Part shown: positions 60,444 to 64,000 of the stretch, one piece after another
How the letters are laid out: each line of letters opens with the position of its first letter
Position numbering within the stretch: position 1 is the first letter of the stretch
Assembly: GCA_964016885.1 (NCBI GenBank)
Contig: OZ024765.1
Location: forward strand, 10,230,001 to 10,294,000
Length of the DNA: 64,000 nucleotides
From: Eledone cirrhosa
Lineage: Eukaryota
Direction: 5' to 3'
Made by a program: the position numbers and the translations under genes
Notes under the pieces: model-generated
What the model was told of the DNA's origin: nothing
Seen by the model: the letters and a program-made list of their open reading frames with translations, nothing else
Databases searched by the model: none

Positions 60444-60645
60444 CAATACAGATCAGTTTAATAAATACCCTGAAAAAATGCAACCTTAACAGTTGGAGCT
60501 TCCAGCAAGATTAATATGGCTCATTGATTACTCAATGAATAGTTTTACAATAGATTAAAAGCACTCGACAGTGAATTTTCCTGGAGTTTTTAATATTATT
60601 CAAAATATTAACAAATGAAGATATTCACATAATCAAAATATATGC

Positions 60646-60706
60646 TTTATTATATATATTTCGAAGGTACTGTGTTATTTTTTCAGTACGTCCTCTTCAG
60701 ATAAAA
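60646..60706 (-). ncRNA. Minimal type I hammerhead (left arm of ~650-bp palindrome)
   Basis: Reverse complement: ttttat CTGAAGA ggacgtactg..cagtaccttc GAAA tatata TA ataaag. Confidence 0.75.
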
Positions 60707-60990
60707 TATATGATTTGATATATGACATACTTTTACGGTCTTGATATTTCAATTATAGTATTGGCAGTGATTTATTTCATCTAATCTCAACATTTATATA
60801 CCACAAATAATATGATAAACTTAGAAAAGGACATGCAGCGAATTAGAGATTTACACCCTCTCTTATATCTCTAATTCACTCCACGTCCTTTTCTACTTTT
60901 TAATTGTTGAGATTAGATGAAATAAATCACTGCCAATACTATAATTGAAATATCAAGACCGTAGCGGTATGTCATATATCAAATCATATA

Positions 60991-61052
60991 TTTTATCTGA
61001 AGAGGACATACTGAAAAAATAACACAGTACCTTCGAAATATATATAATAAAG
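60991..61052 (+). ncRNA. Minimal type I hammerhead (right arm)
   Basis: ttttat CTGAAGA ggacatactg..cagtaccttc GAAA tatata TA ataaag. Confidence 0.72.
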
Positions 61053-61379
61053 CATATATTTTGAATAATATTAAAAACACCAGGAAAACTTTACAGTCGA
61101 GTGCTTTTAATCTATTGTAAAACTGTATTCATTGAGTAATCAATGAGCCATTTTAATCTTTGGTTATATATATATCATCATCATCGTTTAACATCCGTCT
61201 TCCACGCTTGCATGGGTTTGGACGGGCGTTTTCCCACTTGAGGCAAGAGTGGTTGTCACACTCGCATAGGACTGTCTGGCGGGTTTTCTACAGCTGGATG
61301 CCCTTCCTAACACCAACCACGTTTGCAGTGTGGACTGGGAGGTTTTTACCATGTTACCTATATATGTGTTGTGTTGTTT

Positions 61380-61760
61380 TGCAATACTGGTTGGTGTGGA
61401 AGTCGGACCTTCGTAAAGTCCGGAAGATCCATCTCTTCGTTGAGACTTGGACACTGACCAAGAAACTCACTCAGATGATGGATGGGTGCTACACGAGAAT
61501 GGCACTGAACATTGATCAGTATACACTGAGGATGAAGAAGTCTGAGATGTACGGGAGCCTCTCAAAGGTCAGCTCGAAAGTAGCACGGGGGAGACTGAGG
61601 TTAGCTGGACATGCTCGCCGACATTCAGAGCTCCTGTGGGAGCCCCTACACGGACACACTAGAAGAGGGAGACCGATGTTGACATATTTTGATGCCCTAA
61701 GGACAGACACTGGTCTCTGAGACATGGCGGTGATGATGAAGGACAGAGACCATGGACCTT
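61380..61760 (+). mobile_element. Second RTE family 3' fragment (also 56412-56705 in two orientations, and 57725-57882)
   Basis: VETWTLTKKL..DGCYTRM..RLRLAGH..LLWEPLHGHTRRGRP. Confidence 0.82.
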
Positions 61761-62249
61761 GTGTATGAACATAAATAAATAATAGAATATATATCATCGT
61801 CATCGATTTTACGTCTGCTTTTCAATGCTTGCATGGGTTGGACAGTTCCTCACTCCACTTCTAGTGTTGCTTCATCTCTTCTGCCACTCTTAGCGATTTG
61901 AGGTCTGCCCAGGTCTTTCTTTATCATCATCGTTTAACGTCAATCTTCCCACGCTAGCATGAGTTAAATGGGTTTGTCCCACTTGAGGCAAGATTGGTCG
62001 AGTGACTGTGTCTCGCTCGTATAGGACTGTATCTGGCAGGTTTTCTACGGTTGGATTCCCTTCCTAGTGCCAACCCACATTTACAGAGTGGACTGGGAGC
62101 CTTTTTACTGTGTTCCCTACACGACCACTTTACAGTGTGGACTGGGTGCTTTTTGTCGTGACACCTACACAACCTTATGTGAGGGCTGGTTGTTCTGTGG
62201 TACCAACATAACTTTACAGAGAAAGGGTGGTGTGGGGGAATGTATATTG

Positions 62250-62750
62250 TGTTAAGAGCTGCCTACTGAGTATAGGTTTAAGTTCGTACGTAAGGAAAGG
62301 TGTGTCTTCTGTATTAATGCATAGCACCAAAGATATCGATCCAGTGACATTGTCTTAGAGAGGTGCAAGTGTGCAAGGTCAGATTTTATCACCCCATCCC
62401 AGGTTTTTCTGGGTCTACCTACTCTGTAGCTTCCATCAATTTTGATGGTCCTGCACGTTTTTATAAAGCTGTCGTATCACATAACCACATAATCTCCTTT
62501 CAAGTAAACTGCATCTGATCCCTTCTAATTTCAAATTTCTCACTTAGTTCGTGTATATTACTATTAACACATCCATGCTTCGTTCCTTTCCAATCTGTGC
62601 AAATCCTTTGCACACAATGCCCAGGTCTCACTGCTATTCATATACAAGCATGATACAATCTGCCTTTCATGGGCAACAGCGGTATAAGCTCTCTGAACTT
62701 TTTCCATCTCGTTCTAACTCTGGCTACAGTACTTTCAGAAAAAACCTTCT
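62250..62750 (-). mobile_element. Degenerate RTE LINE fragment
   Basis: Reverse complement resembles 38056-38620 (gtaggtagacccagaaaaacctgggatg; aagttcagagagcttataccgc). Confidence 0.75.
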
Positions 62751-63354
62751 CTCCTGCTGATTTTATCACCCAGCTAACAGAAAGTTTCTATTATTTCTAT
62801 AGAACCATTTGGGCAGTAGGAGCTAGTATCCAGTGGGCACTTGCTACTTACTGCACCTGAGCATCGGCCACATATAAAAATCTACATTTTTAGATAGTTT
62901 ACCTGTGATCCCGCTACATCTTTTATGTACCCAGTTTGCATTTAGGGCCTAGAATGGAACTTCTACCTACTCATTTTCTACATTATGAGCATTGCCATTT
63001 CCCAGAGGGCTCCTGTGCCAAATTTTCCTTTCTCCATACTAGAACTTTAAGTCTTAGACAAGTTAACTCTAAAGCCTCTTGATTCTAGGCCATGCTTCCA
63101 TGTTTGGAATTTCTTCTCTAGTTCAGCCATGAGATGTCAACATGAATGGACATGTTATTTTTATCTGAAGACATTTTTTCCAATTCCAACCCGCCCGTCC
63201 CCTCAATCTATCTTATTTCTCATTCTTTATTCTGATAAAGGACTAGCGTCTGAAACGTTAAGACCTTCTTCTTGCTATATCAATCGTTAACCTAATATAT
63301 CCCTTCCATATACTGTACCGATTGTGTTGTTATTTCTGTTTACCTTTTACATAC

Positions 63355-63385
<31 letters not shown>

Positions 63386-63750
63386 TATATATATATACAC
63401 ATATATATATATATACACATATATATATATATATATACACATATATATATATATATATACACACATATATATATATATATACACACATATATATATATAT
63501 ATACACACATATATATATATATATACACACATATATATATATATATACACACATATATATATATATATACACATATATATATATATATATACACATATAT
63601 ATATATATATACACATATATATATATATATACACATATATATATATATATACACATATATATATATATATATATATACATATATATACATATATATATAT
63701 ACATATATATATACATATATATATATACATATATACATACATATATATAC

Positions 63751-63784
<34 letters not shown>

Positions 63785-64000
63785 ATACATATATATAGAT
63801 ATATATAGATACATACATACATATATATAGATATATACATATATATATATACATATATATACATACATGCATATATATATAGAGTGTTATGGTGCTGACC
63901 CTGTATGGCAAAACATTGTATTCTGTCCAGGTGTTGTTTCGTTATGAAAGGGTGTGGGGGTTGTGCATTTTAACTTACCTTTCCAGTTATTATATATTTT

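Overview
AT-rich, microsatellite-saturated animal genomic DNA. The repeat landscape (huge (TA)n tracts, RTE/CR1 LINEs, tRNA-derived SINEs, Penelope elements) suggests an octopod cephalopod; this is an inference. One host gene can be assembled by hand on the + strand from ~872 to ~35.9 kb. It has at least 8 phase-consistent GT-AG coding exons (531 codons) plus an uncertain terminal exon, and encodes a secreted protein with a signal peptide, a Thr/Pro/Ala mucin tract, acidic linkers and four exon-encoded 4-Cys chitin-binding type-2 (CBM14/peritrophin-A)-like modules. The most striking unannotated signal is a dense population of minimal type-I hammerhead ribozyme motifs (CUGANGA..GAAA with palindromic stem III): about 12 well-formed and about 8 weak or degenerate. 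Many sit as opposite-strand pairs in fold-back mini-elements inserted into (TA)n, next to a near-intact Penelope-like element (PLE; RT + GIY-YIG) and a Naiad-type GIY-YIG fragment that carry their own hammerheads. The window also holds SINE-born 48/49-bp satellites, a triplicated ~3-4 kb unit with a 42-bp satellite, piggyBac and Tc1-like MITEs, a Helitron-like end, a Merlin/IS1595-like transposase fragment and a CRE LINE tail. Nearly all long ORFs in the supplied track are artefacts of simple repeats.
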